64,000 nt of DNA from Escherichia coli (lineage in GTDB: Bacteria > Pseudomonadota > Gammaproteobacteria > Enterobacterales > Enterobacteriaceae), in assembly GCF_030013595.1 (NCBI RefSeq), contig NZ_CP122768.1. One strand, given 5' to 3'. Made by a program: the position numbers and the translations under genes. Below the pieces are notes generated by a model. It saw nothing but the letters and a program-made list of their open reading frames with translations, ran no database searches and had not been told where the DNA came from. Each line of letters begins with the position of its first letter. The stretch's first letter is position 1. Below, in pieces: positions 25,930 to 43,941 of this stretch.

Positions 25930-26048
25930 TGATTGCGAACCAATTTAGCATTTGTTGGCTAGATGGTTTCGCAATGAACTGTTAATAAACAAATTTTTCT
26001 TTGTATGTGATCTTTCGTGTGGGTCACCACTGCAAATAAGGATATAAA
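25930..26048 (+). promoter_or_regulatory. thrS leader/operator region for translational autoregulation (approximate)
   Basis: Established for E. coli thrS; exact hairpin boundaries were not determined from the sequence. Confidence 0.35.
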
Positions 26049-27977
26049 ATGCCTGTTATAACTCTTCCTGATGGCAGCCAACGCCATTACGACCACGCTG
26101 TAAGCCCCATGGATGTTGCGCTGGACATTGGTCCAGGTCTGGCGAAAGCCTGTATCGCAGGGCGCGTTAATGGTGAACTGGTTGATGCTTGCGATCTGAT
26201 TGAAAACGACGCACAACTGTCGATCATTACCGCGAAAGACGAAGAAGGTCTGGAGATCATTCGTCACTCCTGTGCGCACCTGTTAGGGCACGCGATTAAA
26301 CAACTTTGGCCGCATACCAAAATGGCAATCGGCCCGGTTATTGACAACGGTTTTTATTACGACGTTGATCTTGACCGCACGTTAACCCAGGAAGATGTCG
26401 AAGCACTCGAGAAGCGGATGCATGAGCTTGCTGAGAAAAACTACGACGTCATTAAGAAGAAAGTCAGCTGGCACGAAGCGCGTGAAACTTTCGCCAACCG
26501 TGGGGAGAGCTACAAAGTCTCCATTCTTGACGAAAACATCGCCCATGATGACAAGCCAGGTCTGTACTTCCATGAAGAATATGTCGATATGTGCCGCGGT
26601 CCGCACGTACCGAACATGCGTTTCTGCCATCATTTCAAACTAATGAAAACGGCAGGGGCTTACTGGCGTGGCGACAGCAACAACAAAATGTTGCAACGTA
26701 TTTACGGTACGGCGTGGGCAGACAAAAAAGCGCTTAACGCTTACCTGCAGCGCCTGGAAGAAGCCGCGAAACGCGACCACCGTAAAATCGGTAAACAGCT
26801 CGACCTGTACCATATGCAGGAAGAAGCACCGGGTATGGTCTTCTGGCACAACGATGGCTGGACCATCTTCCGTGAACTGGAAGTGTTTGTTCGTTCTAAA
26901 CTGAAAGAGTACCAGTATCAGGAAGTTAAAGGTCCGTTCATGATGGACCGTGTTCTGTGGGAAAAAACCGGTCACTGGGACAACTACAAAGATGCAATGT
27001 TCACCACGTCTTCTGAGAACCGTGAATACTGCATTAAGCCGATGAACTGCCCGGGTCACGTACAAATTTTCAACCAGGGGCTGAAGTCGTATCGCGATTT
27101 GCCGCTGCGTATGGCCGAGTTTGGTAGCTGCCACCGTAACGAGCCGTCAGGTTCGCTGCATGGCCTGATGCGCGTACGTGGATTTACCCAGGATGACGCG
27201 CATATCTTCTGTACTGAAGAACAAATTCGCGATGAAGTTAACGGATGTATCCGTTTAGTCTATGATATGTACAGCACTTTTGGCTTCGAGAAGATCGTCG
27301 TCAAACTCTCCACTCGTCCTGAAAAACGTATTGGCAGCGACGAAATGTGGGATCGTGCTGAGGCGGACCTGGCGGTTGCGCTGGAAGAAAACAACATCCC
27401 GTTTGAATATCAACTGGGTGAAGGCGCTTTCTACGGTCCGAAAATTGAATTTACCCTGTATGACTGCCTCGATCGTGCATGGCAGTGCGGTACAGTACAG
27501 CTGGACTTCTCCTTGCCGTCTCGTCTGAGCGCCTCCTATGTGGGCGAAGACAACGAGCGTAAGGTACCGGTAATGATTCACCGCGCAATTCTTGGGTCGA
27601 TGGAACGTTTCATCGGTATCCTGACCGAAGAGTTCGCTGGTTTCTTCCCGACCTGGCTTGCGCCGGTTCAGGTTGTTATCATGAATATTACCGATTCACA
27701 GTCTGAATACGTTAACGAATTGACGCAAAAACTATCAAATGCGGGCATTCGTGTTAAAGCAGACTTGAGAAATGAGAAGATTGGCTTTAAAATCCGCGAG
27801 CACACTTTGCGTCGCGTCCCGTATATGCTGGTCTGTGGTGATAAAGAGGTGGAATCAGGCAAAGTTGCCGTTCGCACCCGCCGTGGTAAAGACCTAGGAA
27901 GCATGGACGTAAATGAAGTGATCGAGAAGCTGCAACAAGAGATTCGCAGCCGCAGTCTTAAACAATTGGAGGAATAA
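26049..27977 (+). CDS. thrS: threonyl-tRNA synthetase
   Basis: 642-aa ORF; recognised ThrRS with class II aaRS motifs. Confidence 0.97.
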
Positions 27978-28523
<546 letters not shown>

Positions 28524-28595
28524 GGCCTTCAAGTAGCACTGTCTGTGGAGCCTTCGGGCTTCACAGGCTTTGTTCGCCTTTGTTTCGTTTATTAA

Positions 28596-28817
<222 letters not shown>

Positions 28818-28842
28818 GCCGTTAACGTTTTTAACTTTTTAA

Positions 28843-29226
<384 letters not shown>

Positions 29227-29233
29227 GCCAGTT

Positions 29234-29262
29234 GAAAGAGGGAGCTAGTCTCCCTCTTTTCG
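29234..29262 (+). terminator. intrinsic terminator after rplT
   Basis: aaagagggag-ctag-tctccctcttt hairpin with T-run. Confidence 0.6.
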
Positions 29263-29348
29263 TTTCAACGCCATCAAAACATTGACTTTTATCGCCGTAG
29301 CCTTTTCAATAAAGGTTTTTTGAAAAGTACCAAAAGGTAACGCAAGCA

Positions 29349-29393
29349 ATGAATGCTGCTATTTTCCGCTTCTTTTTTTACTTTAGCACCTGA
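29349..29393 (+). CDS. pheM: pheST attenuator leader peptide ([14 protein letters not shown])
   Basis: 14-codon ORF with 5 Phe codons in 14, followed immediately by the attenuator terminator. Confidence 0.85.
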
Positions 29394-29440
29394 CTCCAGG
29401 AGGCTAGCGCGTGAGAAGAGAAACGGAAAACAGCGCCTGA

Positions 29441-29466
29441 AAGCCTCCCAGTGGAGGCTTTTTTTG
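29441..29466 (+). terminator. pheST attenuator terminator
   Basis: aagcctcc-cagt-ggaggctt stem followed by tttttttg. Confidence 0.7.
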
Positions 29467-29634
29467 TATGCGCGTTTTGAAAAATAAAAAGCCTGTCTCA
29501 TCAGGCGTAATTGTCGCAGCCAGTCTGGACTCGGCCAGCGCGGAGAAACCGGAGCGTACTTAAGTACGTGAGGATTTCGAGCACTGCCCGGGACCAAAAT
29601 GGCAAGTAAAATAGCCTGATGGGATAGGCTCTAA

Positions 29635-30660
<1,026 letters not shown>

Positions 30661-30671
30661 GGCAGGAATAG

Positions 30672-33062
<2,391 letters not shown>

Positions 33063-33066
33063 ACCT

Positions 33067-33366
33067 ATGGCGCTTACAAAAGCTGAAATGTCAGAATATC
33101 TGTTTGATAAGCTTGGGCTTAGCAAGCGGGATGCCAAAGAACTGGTTGAACTGTTTTTCGAAGAGATCCGTCGCGCTCTGGAAAACGGCGAACAGGTGAA
33201 ACTCTCTGGTTTTGGTAACTTCGATCTGCGTGATAAGAATCAACGCCCGGGACGTAACCCGAAAACGGGCGAGGATATTCCCATTACAGCACGGCGCGTG
33301 GTGACCTTCAGACCCGGGCAGAAGTTAAAAAGCCGGGTCGAAAACGCTTCGCCCAAAGACGAGTAA
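33067..33366 (+). CDS. ihfA: integration host factor alpha subunit
   Basis: 99-aa [60 protein letters not shown]…. Confidence 0.95.
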
Positions 33367-33380
33367 TCTGATCTAACTAA

Positions 33381-33410
33381 AAAGGCCGCTTTGCGGCCTT
33401 TTTTCTTTTC
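33381..33410 (+). terminator. intrinsic terminator after ihfA
   Basis: aaaaggccgc-tttg-cggcctttttt plus T-run. Confidence 0.65.
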
Positions 33411-33466
33411 ACTGTCGAAGAGTCACCGTAAAATCAACGCCATGACACTTCAGCAGAACGGATACC

Positions 33467-34447
33467 ATGCTGACACTTGCCCGCCAACAACAGCGACAAA
33501 ATATTCGCTGGTTATTATGCCTGTCAGTTTTGATGCTGCTGGCGCTTCTCTTAAGCCTTTGCGCCGGTGAACAATGGATTTCGCCCGGTGACTGGTCTAC
33601 TCCTCGTGGCGAACTGTTCGTCTGGCAAATTCGCCTGCCACGTACGCTGGCTGTATTGCTGGTTGGTGCGGCGCTGGCTATATCCGGCGCAGTAATGCAG
33701 GCGTTGTTTGAAAATCCTCTGGCAGAACCTGGACTACTTGGCGTCTCTAACGGCGCAGGCGTAGGGCTTATCGCCGCGGTGTTGCTTGGGCAAGGGCAAC
33801 TCCCAAACTGGGCACTAGGGCTGTGTGCGATTGCTGGCGCGCTTATCATCACTTTAATACTCTTACGTTTCGCCCGTCGTCATCTTTCGACCAGTCGGTT
33901 ATTGCTGGCTGGCGTTGCATTAGGGATTATCTGTAGCGCACTAATGACGTGGGCTATCTACTTTTCCACCTCTGTTGATTTACGTCAGCTGATGTACTGG
34001 ATGATGGGCGGTTTTGGCGGCGTAGACTGGCGGCAAAGCTGGCTGATGCTGGCATTGATCCCCGTGTTGTTGTGGATCTGTTGTCAGTCCAGGCCGATGA
34101 ATATGTTAGCACTTGGCGAGATCTCGGCGCGGCAACTGGGTTTACCCCTGTGGTTCTGGCGCAATGTGCTGGTGGCAGCGACCGGCTGGATGGTTGGCGT
34201 CAGTGTGGCGCTGGCGGGTGCTATCGGCTTTATTGGTCTGGTGATCCCCCATATTCTCCGGTTATGTGGTTTAACCGATCATCGCGTATTACTTCCCGGC
34301 TGCGCGCTGGCAGGGGCGAGCGCATTGCTGCTGGCCGATATTGTAGCGCGCCTGGCATTAGCTGCCGCAGAGCTGCCTATTGGCGTGGTCACCGCAACGT
34401 TGGGTGCGCCGGTGTTTATCTGGTTATTGTTAAAAGCAGGACGTTAG
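33467..34447 (+). CDS. btuC: vitamin B12 ABC transporter permease
   Basis: 326-aa polytopic ORF; recognised BtuC. Confidence 0.9.
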   Translation: MLTLARQQQRQNIRWLLCLSVLMLLALLLSLCAGEQWISPGDWSTPRGELFVWQIRLPRTLAVLLVGAALAISGAVMQALFENPLAEPGLLGVSNGAGVGLIAAVLLGQGQLPNWALGLCAIAGALIITLILLRFARRHLSTSRLLLAGVALGIICSALMTWAIYFSTSVDLRQLMYWMMGGFGGVDWRQSWLMLALIPVLLWICCQSRPMNMLALGEISARQLGLPLWFWRNVLVAATGWMVGVSVALAGAIGFIGLVIPHILRLCGLTDHRVLLPGCALAGASALLLADIVARLALAAAELPIGVVTATLGAPVFIWLLLKAGR

Positions 34448-34509
34448 CCGCAAAAAGACGGTCTATGATTAAAAGCTAAGATTTTTACTGACCACACCCA
34501 GGAGAAACG

Positions 34510-35061
34510 ATGCAAGATTCCATTCTGACGACCGTAGTGAAAGATATCGACGGTGAAGTGACCACGCTGGAGAAGTACGCCGGTAATGTGCTGTTGATTG
34601 TCAATGTCGCCTCAAAGTGTGGCTTAACGCCGCAATATGAGCAGTTGGAGAATATTCAGAAAGCCTGGGCCGATCGTGGTTTTGTGGTGCTGGGATTCCC
34701 GTGCAACCAGTTTCTGGAGCAAGAACCGGGCAGCGATGAAGAGATTAAAACTTACTGCACCACTACATGGGGGGTGACGTTCCCGATGTTCAGTAAGATT
34801 GAAGTTAATGGCGAAGGACGCCATCCGCTGTATCAAAAATTGATTGCCGCAGCGCCGACCGCAGTCGCGCCGGAAGAGAGCGGATTCTATGCCCGTATGG
34901 TCAGCAAAGGTCGTGCACCGCTGTACCCTGATGATATTTTATGGAATTTTGAGAAATTTTTAGTTGGCAGGGACGGATTGGTCATCCAGCGTTTTTCCCC
35001 GGATATGACGCCGGAAGATCCCATTGTGATGGAAAGCATTAAACTGGCGTTGGCGAAATAA
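34510..35061 (+). CDS. btuE: thioredoxin/glutathione peroxidase BtuE
   Basis: 183-aa ORF with glutathione-peroxidase-family motifs ([15 protein letters not shown]). Confidence 0.9.
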   Translation: MQDSILTTVVKDIDGEVTTLEKYAGNVLLIVNVASKCGLTPQYEQLENIQKAWADRGFVVLGFPCNQFLEQEPGSDEEIKTYCTTTWGVTFPMFSKIEVNGEGRHPLYQKLIAAAPTAVAPEESGFYARMVSKGRAPLYPDDILWNFEKFLVGRDGLVIQRFSPDMTPEDPIVMESIKLALAK

Positions 35062-35810
35062 TGTCTATTGTGATGCAGCTACAGGATGTTGCGGAATCAA
35101 CCCGCCTTGGGCCGCTTTCTGGCGAGGTTCGGGCAGGGGAGATCCTGCATCTGGTGGGGCCGAATGGCGCGGGTAAGAGTACCTTACTGGCGCGAATGGC
35201 CGGAATGACCAGCGGTAAGGGAAGCATTCAGTTCGCGGGGCAACCACTGGAAGCATGGTCCGCAACAAAACTCGCACTGCATCGCGCCTATTTTTCACAA
35301 CAGCAGACGCCGCCGTTTGCAATGCCGGTCTGGCACTACCTGACACTGCATCAGCACGATAAAACGCGTACCGAACTACTGAATGATGTCGCAGGGGCGC
35401 TGGCTCTTGATGACAAACTCGGACGTAGCACCAATCAACTTTCCGGCGGCGAATGGCAACGCGTACGTCTTGCTGCGGTGGTGCTGCAAATCACACCACA
35501 AGCCAATCCCGCAGGCCAATTACTACTTCTTGATGAGCCCATGAACAGTCTTGATGTTGCGCAACAAAGTGCATTAGACAAAATTCTGAGCGCGCTGTGT
35601 CAGCAAGGACTGGCGATTGTGATGAGCAGTCACGATCTCAACCATACATTGCGTCATGCGCATCGGGCGTGGTTGCTAAAAGGTGGAAAAATGCTGGCCA
35701 GTGGACGCAGGGAAGAGGTGCTCACGCCGCCAAATCTGGCGCAGGCCTATGGGATGAATTTTCGCCGTCTGGATATCGAAGGTCACCGAATGCTGATTTC
35801 GACCATCTGA
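35061..35810 (+). CDS. btuD: vitamin B12 ABC transporter ATP-binding protein
   Basis: 249-aa ORF with Walker A (GPNGAGKST) and ABC signature (LSGGEWQR); TAATG overlap with btuE. Confidence 0.9.
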   Translation: MSIVMQLQDVAESTRLGPLSGEVRAGEILHLVGPNGAGKSTLLARMAGMTSGKGSIQFAGQPLEAWSATKLALHRAYFSQQQTPPFAMPVWHYLTLHQHDKTRTELLNDVAGALALDDKLGRSTNQLSGGEWQRVRLAAVVLQITPQANPAGQLLLLDEPMNSLDVAQQSALDKILSALCQQGLAIVMSSHDLNHTLRHAHRAWLLKGGKMLASGRREEVLTPPNLAQAYGMNFRRLDIEGHRMLISTI

Positions 35811-35887
35811 TTTCATTAGTATCTTGAAAATCGGGTAATTACGACGCTAAATTAATGCAAGAATAAAAAACAGAGGAACCGTACGGA

Positions 35888-36352
35888 ATGCGTTTCTGCC
35901 TTATTTTGATCACAGCACTGTTTCTGGCCGGGTGTAGCCACCATAAAGCACCGCCGCCAAATGCCAGACTTTCTGATTCGATTACCGTTATTGCCGGTTT
36001 GAACGACCAGCTACAAAGCTGGCATGGCACGCCGTATCGTTATGGTGGCATGACGCGGCGCGGTGTGGACTGTTCGGGATTTGTGGTTGTGACGATGCGC
36101 GATCGTTTCGATTTGCAGCTGCCCCGAGAAACCAAAGAACAAGCCTCTATCGGCACGCAAATTGATAAAGACGAGTTGCTGCCTGGTGACCTGGTCTTTT
36201 TCAAAACGGGTTCCGGACAAAATGGTTTGCATGTAGGTATTTACGATACCAACAACCAATTTATCCACGCCTCTACCAGCAAGGGAGTGATGCGTTCCTC
36301 ACTCGATAATGTCTATTGGCAGAAAAATTTCTGGCAGGCGAGACGAATCTAG
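35888..36352 (+). CDS. nlpC: NlpC/P60-family lipoprotein
   Basis: 154-aa ORF with lipobox (LAGC) and the conserved NlpC/P60 Cys context (DCSGFV). Confidence 0.85.
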   Translation: MRFCLILITALFLAGCSHHKAPPPNARLSDSITVIAGLNDQLQSWHGTPYRYGGMTRRGVDCSGFVVVTMRDRFDLQLPRETKEQASIGTQIDKDELLPGDLVFFKTGSGQNGLHVGIYDTNNQFIHASTSKGVMRSSLDNVYWQKNFWQARRI

Positions 36353-36598
36353 TATGTCGAAAAATGGACGGCGATGATACATCTCCGTCCATTTACTCCT
36401 GAATACAGTAGTATTTTACAGACAAAAATTCCGTAAATGGATTATTCGTTTATAATCAGGATAATCTAATAAAAGGACCCCTGAAAAAGTGGTTAACATG
36501 GAACAAATGAAAGTTACTCCTTCTGTAATTGTTATGTCTTATGGCCTCATCCCTTTTAGCCGGATACTGAAAAACATCCTTCGAGAGGGACGGTTACC

Positions 36599-37312
36599 AT
36601 GAAGATTTTTTTGGAGAATCTTTATCATTCTGATTGCTATTTCCTGCCGATAAGAGATAACCAGCAAGACCTTGTCGGCGTTGAGTTAATTACCCATTTC
36701 TCCAGTGAAGATGGTACGGTTCGTATTCCGACGAGTCGGGTTATAGCGCAACTTACCGAGGAGCAACATTGGCAATTATTTTCAGAGCAGTTGGAATTAC
36801 TAAAATCATGCCAACACTTTTTTATTCAACATAAACTCTTTGCCTGGCTTAATTTAACCCCACAAGTGGCTACATTATTATTAGACAGGGATAATTACGC
36901 AGGCGAACTATTAAAATATCCGTTTATTGAACTGTTGATTAATGAGAATTACCCGCATCTCGATGAAGGAAAAGATAATCGCGATCTTTTGTCCTTATCG
37001 CAAATGTATCCCCTTGTTTTAGGTAATTTGGGCGCAGGCAATAGCACAATGAAAGCGGTTTTTGATGGTCTTTTCACCCGCGTCATGCTGGATAAAAGTT
37101 TTATTCAGCAACAAATCACGCATCGCTCCTTCGAACCGTTTATTCGTGCGATCCAGGCGCAAATTTCCCCATGTTGCAATTGCATCATCGTGGGGGGCAT
37201 TGATACGCCAGAAATAATGGCACAGATTACCCCCTTTGATTTCCATGCTCTCCAGGGATGCCTATGGCCTGCCGTTCCTGTAAATCAGATAACGACGTTG
37301 GTTCAGCGATAA
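36599..37312 (+). CDS. ydiV: EAL-like anti-FlhD4C2 factor YdiV
   Basis: 237-aa ORF recognised as YdiV. Confidence 0.85.
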   Translation: MKIFLENLYHSDCYFLPIRDNQQDLVGVELITHFSSEDGTVRIPTSRVIAQLTEEQHWQLFSEQLELLKSCQHFFIQHKLFAWLNLTPQVATLLLDRDNYAGELLKYPFIELLINENYPHLDEGKDNRDLLSLSQMYPLVLGNLGAGNSTMKAVFDGLFTRVMLDKSFIQQQITHRSFEPFIRAIQAQISPCCNCIIVGGIDTPEIMAQITPFDFHALQGCLWPAVPVNQITTLVQR

Positions 37313-37335
37313 CCCTCCTGTTTGCTGGTGTTTAA

Positions 37336-38811
<1,476 letters not shown>

Positions 38812-38814
38812 AGG

Positions 38815-39006
38815 CTACTTGGTCAACAGCAGCTTGCCAGCCTGAGTTTTACGGAGCAGATATTCTTGCCCGTCATGATCGATAATCAGTTTGCCATCCG
38901 GACCTAACAGTGTCTGGCTGGTAATTCGCCGGATGGGCTGCGGGGAAGCGGTCTTGTGATTGGCATCCGTTTCAGGCGTGAGTTTTCTGCTATCCGTATA
39001 ACGCAT
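38815..39006 (-). CDS. ydiE: HemP-like small protein YdiE
   Basis: 63 aa starting at the internal [18 protein letters not shown]… of ORF 38815..39033. Confidence 0.65.
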   Translation of the reverse strand: MRYTDSRKLTPETDANHKTASPQPIRRITSQTLLGPDGKLIIDHDGQEYLLRKTQAGKLLLTK

Positions 39007-39026
39007 AAAAATTAATAATAATTGAT

Positions 39027-39050
39027 ATAACAATGATTCTTATTATCAAT
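39027..39050. promoter_or_regulatory. candidate Fur box upstream of ydiE
   Basis: acaATGATtcTtATTATCa resembles the Fur consensus GATAATGATAATCATTATC; by-eye match only. Confidence 0.35.
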
Positions 39051-39137
39051 ATTATAGCGGGCCAGAGCAAGCAGTAATGTGTTGAGAAGACAACAAGTTG
39101 CGCAGAAATGCCCATTCCGTCAGGAATGGGCACGCAT

Positions 39138-40184
39138 TCAGAAGCGGGTATCTACCGCAGAGGCGAGTTTTTCGACCAGGCGTTCGGTATCTTCCCAGCC
39201 CAGACACGGGTCGGTAATCGATTGACCGTAAGTGAGCGGCTGACCGCCGACGATTTTTTGCGTTCCTTCGCGCAGGAAACTTTCCGCCATAATTCCAGCA
39301 ATCGCCGTAGAGCCATTGCGGATTTGCTGACAAATATCCTCACAAACTTCTAACTGGCGACGGTGCTGCTTCTGGCAGTTACCGTGGCTGAAATCCACCA
39401 CCAGATGTTCAGGTAAATCAAACTCGTGCAGCGTATCGCAGGCTGCGGCGATATCATCGGCATGGTAATTCGGTTTTTTGCCGCCACGCATAATAATGTG
39501 GCCATACGGGTTGCCGCTGGTCTGATAGATGGTCATCTGACCATTTTTGTCTGGCGAGAGGAACATATGGCTGGCGCGGGCTGCGCGGATAGCATCTACG
39601 GCAATCCGCGTGTTGCCATCGGTACCATTTTTAAAACCTACCGGACAGGAGAGTGCCGAAGCCATTTCACGGTGGATCTGACTTTCGGTAGTACGTGCGC
39701 CAATCGCGCCCCAACTGATTAAATCAGCAATAAACTGACCGGTCACCATATCGAGGAACTCAGTCGCGGTAGGAACACCCAGCTCATTTACCTGTAAAAG
39801 TAATTTGCGCGCCAGCTCCAGACCGTGATTTACCCGATAGCTGCCGTTTAAATCCGGATCGGAGATTAGCCCTTTCCAGCCGACAACAGTTCGTGGTTTT
39901 TCAAAATAGGTGCGCATTACGATTTCCAGCCGTGACTGGTACTGGTTGCGCAGCGACTGCAGACGGGTGGCGTACTCCATTGCAGCGGTGAGATCGTGGA
40001 TCGAGCAGGGGCCAATAATGACCAACAGTCGCTTATCTTCACCATTCAGTATTTTTTCAATTCTGCGGCGGGAGTCGGTGACATGGGTGGCGACGCCAGG
40101 CGTTACGGGATACCGTAGCGCGAGTTCGGCGGGCGTTACCAGGCTCTCAATACGCGCAGTACGGAGTTCGTCAGTTCTGTTCAT
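39138..40184 (-). CDS. aroH: DAHP synthase, Trp-sensitive
   Basis: 348-aa ORF recognised as AroH. Confidence 0.95.
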   Translation of the reverse strand: MNRTDELRTARIESLVTPAELALRYPVTPGVATHVTDSRRRIEKILNGEDKRLLVIIGPCSIHDLTAAMEYATRLQSLRNQYQSRLEIVMRTYFEKPRTVVGWKGLISDPDLNGSYRVNHGLELARKLLLQVNELGVPTATEFLDMVTGQFIADLISWGAIGARTTESQIHREMASALSCPVGFKNGTDGNTRIAVDAIRAARASHMFLSPDKNGQMTIYQTSGNPYGHIIMRGGKKPNYHADDIAAACDTLHEFDLPEHLVVDFSHGNCQKQHRRQLEVCEDICQQIRNGSTAIAGIMAESFLREGTQKIVGGQPLTYGQSITDPCLGWEDTERLVEKLASAVDTRF

Positions 40185-40340
40185 TACAAGTCTCAGAAAT
40201 TTGTTGCTTCTACGGCAGGACTACCGGGAAGTGATGCGCATCACGATAAACCAATCGCAGCTGATTTCAAGTGCGAGGTGTGTCACACCTCGCCGGGTGG
40301 TTAGCATGATAACAAAAAAATAAGCTAATGCACTAGTTCT

Positions 40341-41174
40341 CTAGTACATTCGACGGCTAAGGCCCATGATATCGAGGATCTTGGTGGCAATCTCTTCTAC
40401 CGAATAATTGGTACTGTTAATCCACGGGATCTGATTTTTACGGTACAACGCTTCCACTTCCGCGACTTCCATCCTGCACTGACGAAGCGAGGCATAGCGA
40501 CTGTTCTCCCGACGTTCCTCGCGAATCGCCGCCAGTCGTTCCGGGTCGATAGTCAGGCCGAACAATTTATGCTGAAGCGGTTTGAGCGACGCGGGTAGCA
40601 CCAGATTATCCATATCGTCGGCAATAAAGGGGTAGTTTGCCGCGCGGATACCAAATTGCATTGCCAGATACAGACTGGTGGGGGTTTTACCACAGCGAGA
40701 AACGCCGAGCAGGATCACCTGAGCCTGGTCCAGATTGCGCAACGAAATGCCATCATCGTGGGCGAGGGTGTAATCAATCGCCGCAATGCGCGCATCATAT
40801 TTATTGAGATTATTAGGGTTAAGGCCATGGGTACGATGAGCAATCGGCGTGGGATCCAGTTTCATCTCTTGTTGTAGCGGGGCAACCAGTGCCTGAACGA
40901 TATCCTGGCAAAAGCCTTCACTTTGCAAGATGATGGCGCGAATTTCCGGCAACACGATGGAGTAGAAGACCAGCGGGCGCACACCTGTCTGGTGATAAAT
41001 TGCGTCAATCTGATCCTTCACTGCCCGTGCACGGCTCTCATTTTCGACAAACGGCAGCGTAATGCTGCTGATAGTGACGGGAAATTGTGACATTACTGCG
41101 TGTCCTAATACCTCCGCAGTTATTGCCGTACCATCAGAAATATAAAAAACGTGGCGATCAACAGCATTATCCAT
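40341..41174 (-). CDS. ppsR: PEP synthase regulatory protein (bifunctional kinase/pyrophosphorylase)
   Basis: 277-aa ORF with P-loop (GVSRCGKT); divergent from ppsA. Confidence 0.9.
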
Positions 41175-41506
41175 TTTGTTCTTCCCGTGATGCAGACATA
41201 ATTCTATGAAAGCATAAATTAAAAACGCACAGAAGCGTAGAACGTTATGTCTGGTTTATAAAATGAACCTTCAATTTTATTTTTTATGAAAACAGCATTT
41301 CATTTTTACGGTTTCGTTTATACCGATGGTTTATGTGGAAATTGTCGAAGAGAGCAGATTTGCGCAACGCTGGGATCAGTCTTAAAAAGTAAAAAAATAT
41401 ATTTGCTTGAACGATTCACCGTTTTTTTCATCCGGTTAAATATGCAAAGATAAATGCGCAGAAATGTGTTTCTCAAACCGTTCATTTATCACAAAAGGAT
41501 TGTTCG

Positions 41507-43885
41507 ATGTCCAACAATGGCTCGTCACCGCTGGTGCTTTGGTATAACCAACTCGGCATGAATGATGTAGACAGGGTTGGGGGCAAAAATGCCTCCCTGG
41601 GTGAAATGATTACTAACCTTTCCGGAATGGGTGTTTCCGTTCCGAATGGTTTCGCCACAACCGCCGACGCGTTTAACCAGTTTCTGGACCAAAGCGGCGT
41701 AAACCAGCGCATTTATGAACTGCTGGATAAAACGGATATTGACGATGTTACCCAGCTTGCGAAAGCGGGCGCGCAAATCCGCCAGTGGATTATCGACACT
41801 CCCTTCCAGCCTGAGCTGGAAAACGCCATCCGCGAAGCCTATGCACAGCTTTCCGCCGATGACGAAAACGCCTCGTTTGCGGTGCGTTCCTCCGCTACTG
41901 CAGAAGATATGCCGGACGCTTCTTTTGCCGGTCAGCAGGAAACTTTCCTCAACGTTCAGGGTTTTGACGCCGTTCTCGTGGCAGTGAAACATGTATTTGC
42001 TTCTCTGTTTAACGATCGCGCCATCTCTTATCGTGTGCACCAGGGTTACGATCACCGTGGCGTGGCGCTCTCCGCCGGTGTTCAGCGGATGGTGCGCTCC
42101 GACCTCGCATCTTCTGGCGTGATGTTCTCCATTGATACGGAATCCGGCTTTGACCAGGTGGTGTTTATTACTTCCGCATGGGGCCTTGGTGAAATGGTCG
42201 TGCAGGGCGCGGTTAACCCGGATGAGTTTTACGTGCATAAACCGACACTGTCGGCGAATCGCCCGGCTATCGTGCGCCGCACCATGGGGTCGAAAAAAAT
42301 CCGCATGGTCTACGCGCCGACCCAGGAGCACGGCAAGCAGGTTAAAATCGAAGACGTACCGCAGGAACAGCGTGACATCTTCTCGCTGACCAACGAAGAA
42401 GTGCAGGAACTGGCAAAACAGGCCGTACAAATTGAGAAACACTACGGTCGCCCAATGGATATTGAGTGGGCGAAAGATGGCCACACCGGCAAACTGTTCA
42501 TTGTGCAGGCGCGTCCGGAAACCGTGCGCTCACGCGGTCAGGTCATGGAGCGTTATACGCTGCATTCACAGGGTAAGATTATCGCCGAAGGCCGTGCTAT
42601 CGGTCATCGCATCGGCGCGGGTCCGGTGAAAGTCATCCATGACATCAGCGAAATGAACCGCATCGAACCTGGCGACGTGCTGGTTACTGACATGACCGAC
42701 CCGGACTGGGAACCGATCATGAAGAAGGCATCTGCCATCGTCACCAACCGTGGGGGGCGTACCTGTCACGCGGCGATCATCGCTCGTGAACTCGGCATTC
42801 CGGCGGTAGTGGGCTGTGGTGATGCAACAGAACGGATGAAAGACGGTGAGAACGTCACTGTTTCTTGTGCCGAAGGTGATACCGGTTACGTCTATGCGGA
42901 GTTGCTGGAATTTAGCGTGAAAAGCTCCAGCGTGGAAACCATGCCGGATCTGCCGCTGAAAGTGATGATGAACGTCGGTAATCCGGACCGTGCTTTCGAC
43001 TTCGCCTGCCTGCCGAACGAAGGCGTCGGCCTTGCGCGTCTGGAATTTATCATCAACCGTATGATTGGCGTCCACCCACGCGCACTGCTTGAGTTTGACG
43101 ATCAGGAACCGCAGTTGCAAAACGAAATCCGCGAGATGATGAAAGGTTTTGATTCTCCGCGTGAATTTTACGTTGGGCGTTTGACTGAAGGGATCGCGAC
43201 GCTGGGTGCCGCGTTTTATCCGAAGCGCGTCATTGTCCGTCTCTCTGATTTTAAATCGAACGAATATGCCAACCTGGTCGGTGGTGAGCGTTACGAGCCA
43301 GATGAAGAGAACCCGATGCTCGGCTTCCGTGGCGCGGGCCGCTATGTTTCCGACAGCTTCCGCGACTGCTTCGCGCTGGAGTGTGAAGCAGTGAAACGTG
43401 TGCGCAACGATATGGGGCTGACCAACGTTGAGATCATGATCCCGTTCGTGCGTACCGTAGATCAGGCGAAAGCGGTGGTTGACGAACTGGCGCGTCAGGG
43501 GCTGAAACGTGGTGAGAACGGGCTGAAAATCATCATGATGTGTGAAATTCCGTCCAACGCCTTGCTGGCAGAGCAGTTCCTCGAATATTTCGACGGCTTC
43601 TCAATTGGCTCAAACGACATGACGCAGCTGGCGCTCGGTCTGGATCGTGACTCCGGCGTGGTGTCTGAACTGTTCGATGAGCGCAACGATGCGGTGAAAG
43701 CACTGCTGTCGATGGCGATTCGTGCCGCGAAGAAACAGGGCAAATATGTCGGGATTTGCGGTCAGGGTCCATCCGACCACGAAGACTTTGCTGCATGGTT
43801 GATGGAAGAGGGGATCGATAGCCTGTCTCTGAACCCGGACACCGTGGTGCAAACCTGGTTAAGCCTGGCTGAACTGAAGAAATAA
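41507..43885 (+). CDS. ppsA: phosphoenolpyruvate synthase
   Basis: 792-aa ORF recognised as PpsA. Confidence 0.97.
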   Translation: MSNNGSSPLVLWYNQLGMNDVDRVGGKNASLGEMITNLSGMGVSVPNGFATTADAFNQFLDQSGVNQRIYELLDKTDIDDVTQLAKAGAQIRQWIIDTPFQPELENAIREAYAQLSADDENASFAVRSSATAEDMPDASFAGQQETFLNVQGFDAVLVAVKHVFASLFNDRAISYRVHQGYDHRGVALSAGVQRMVRSDLASSGVMFSIDTESGFDQVVFITSAWGLGEMVVQGAVNPDEFYVHKPTLSANRPAIVRRTMGSKKIRMVYAPTQEHGKQVKIEDVPQEQRDIFSLTNEEVQELAKQAVQIEKHYGRPMDIEWAKDGHTGKLFIVQARPETVRSRGQVMERYTLHSQGKIIAEGRAIGHRIGAGPVKVIHDISEMNRIEPGDVLVTDMTDPDWEPIMKKASAIVTNRGGRTCHAAIIARELGIPAVVGCGDATERMKDGENVTVSCAEGDTGYVYAELLEFSVKSSSVETMPDLPLKVMMNVGNPDRAFDFACLPNEGVGLARLEFIINRMIGVHPRALLEFDDQEPQLQNEIREMMKGFDSPREFYVGRLTEGIATLGAAFYPKRVIVRLSDFKSNEYANLVGGERYEPDEENPMLGFRGAGRYVSDSFRDCFALECEAVKRVRNDMGLTNVEIMIPFVRTVDQAKAVVDELARQGLKRGENGLKIIMMCEIPSNALLAEQFLEYFDGFSIGSNDMTQLALGLDRDSGVVSELFDERNDAVKALLSMAIRAAKKQGKYVGICGQGPSDHEDFAAWLMEEGIDSLSLNPDTVVQTWLSLAELKK

Positions 43886-43892
43886 AATAAAT

Positions 43893-43921
43893 ACCCGGCG
43901 GCGTTTTGTCGCCGGGTTTAT
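43893..43921. terminator. hairpin between convergent ppsA and fadK (likely bidirectional terminator)
   Basis: acccggcg-gcgttttgt-cgccgggt followed by ttta. Confidence 0.55.
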
Positions 43922-43941
43922 GTGATCCCCGAAGATGAAAC

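Noticed and set aside
41525-43120. 319-aa and 184-aa ORFs antisense to ppsA
   Set aside because: GC-rich antisense frames of ppsA, which is itself continuous and recognised.
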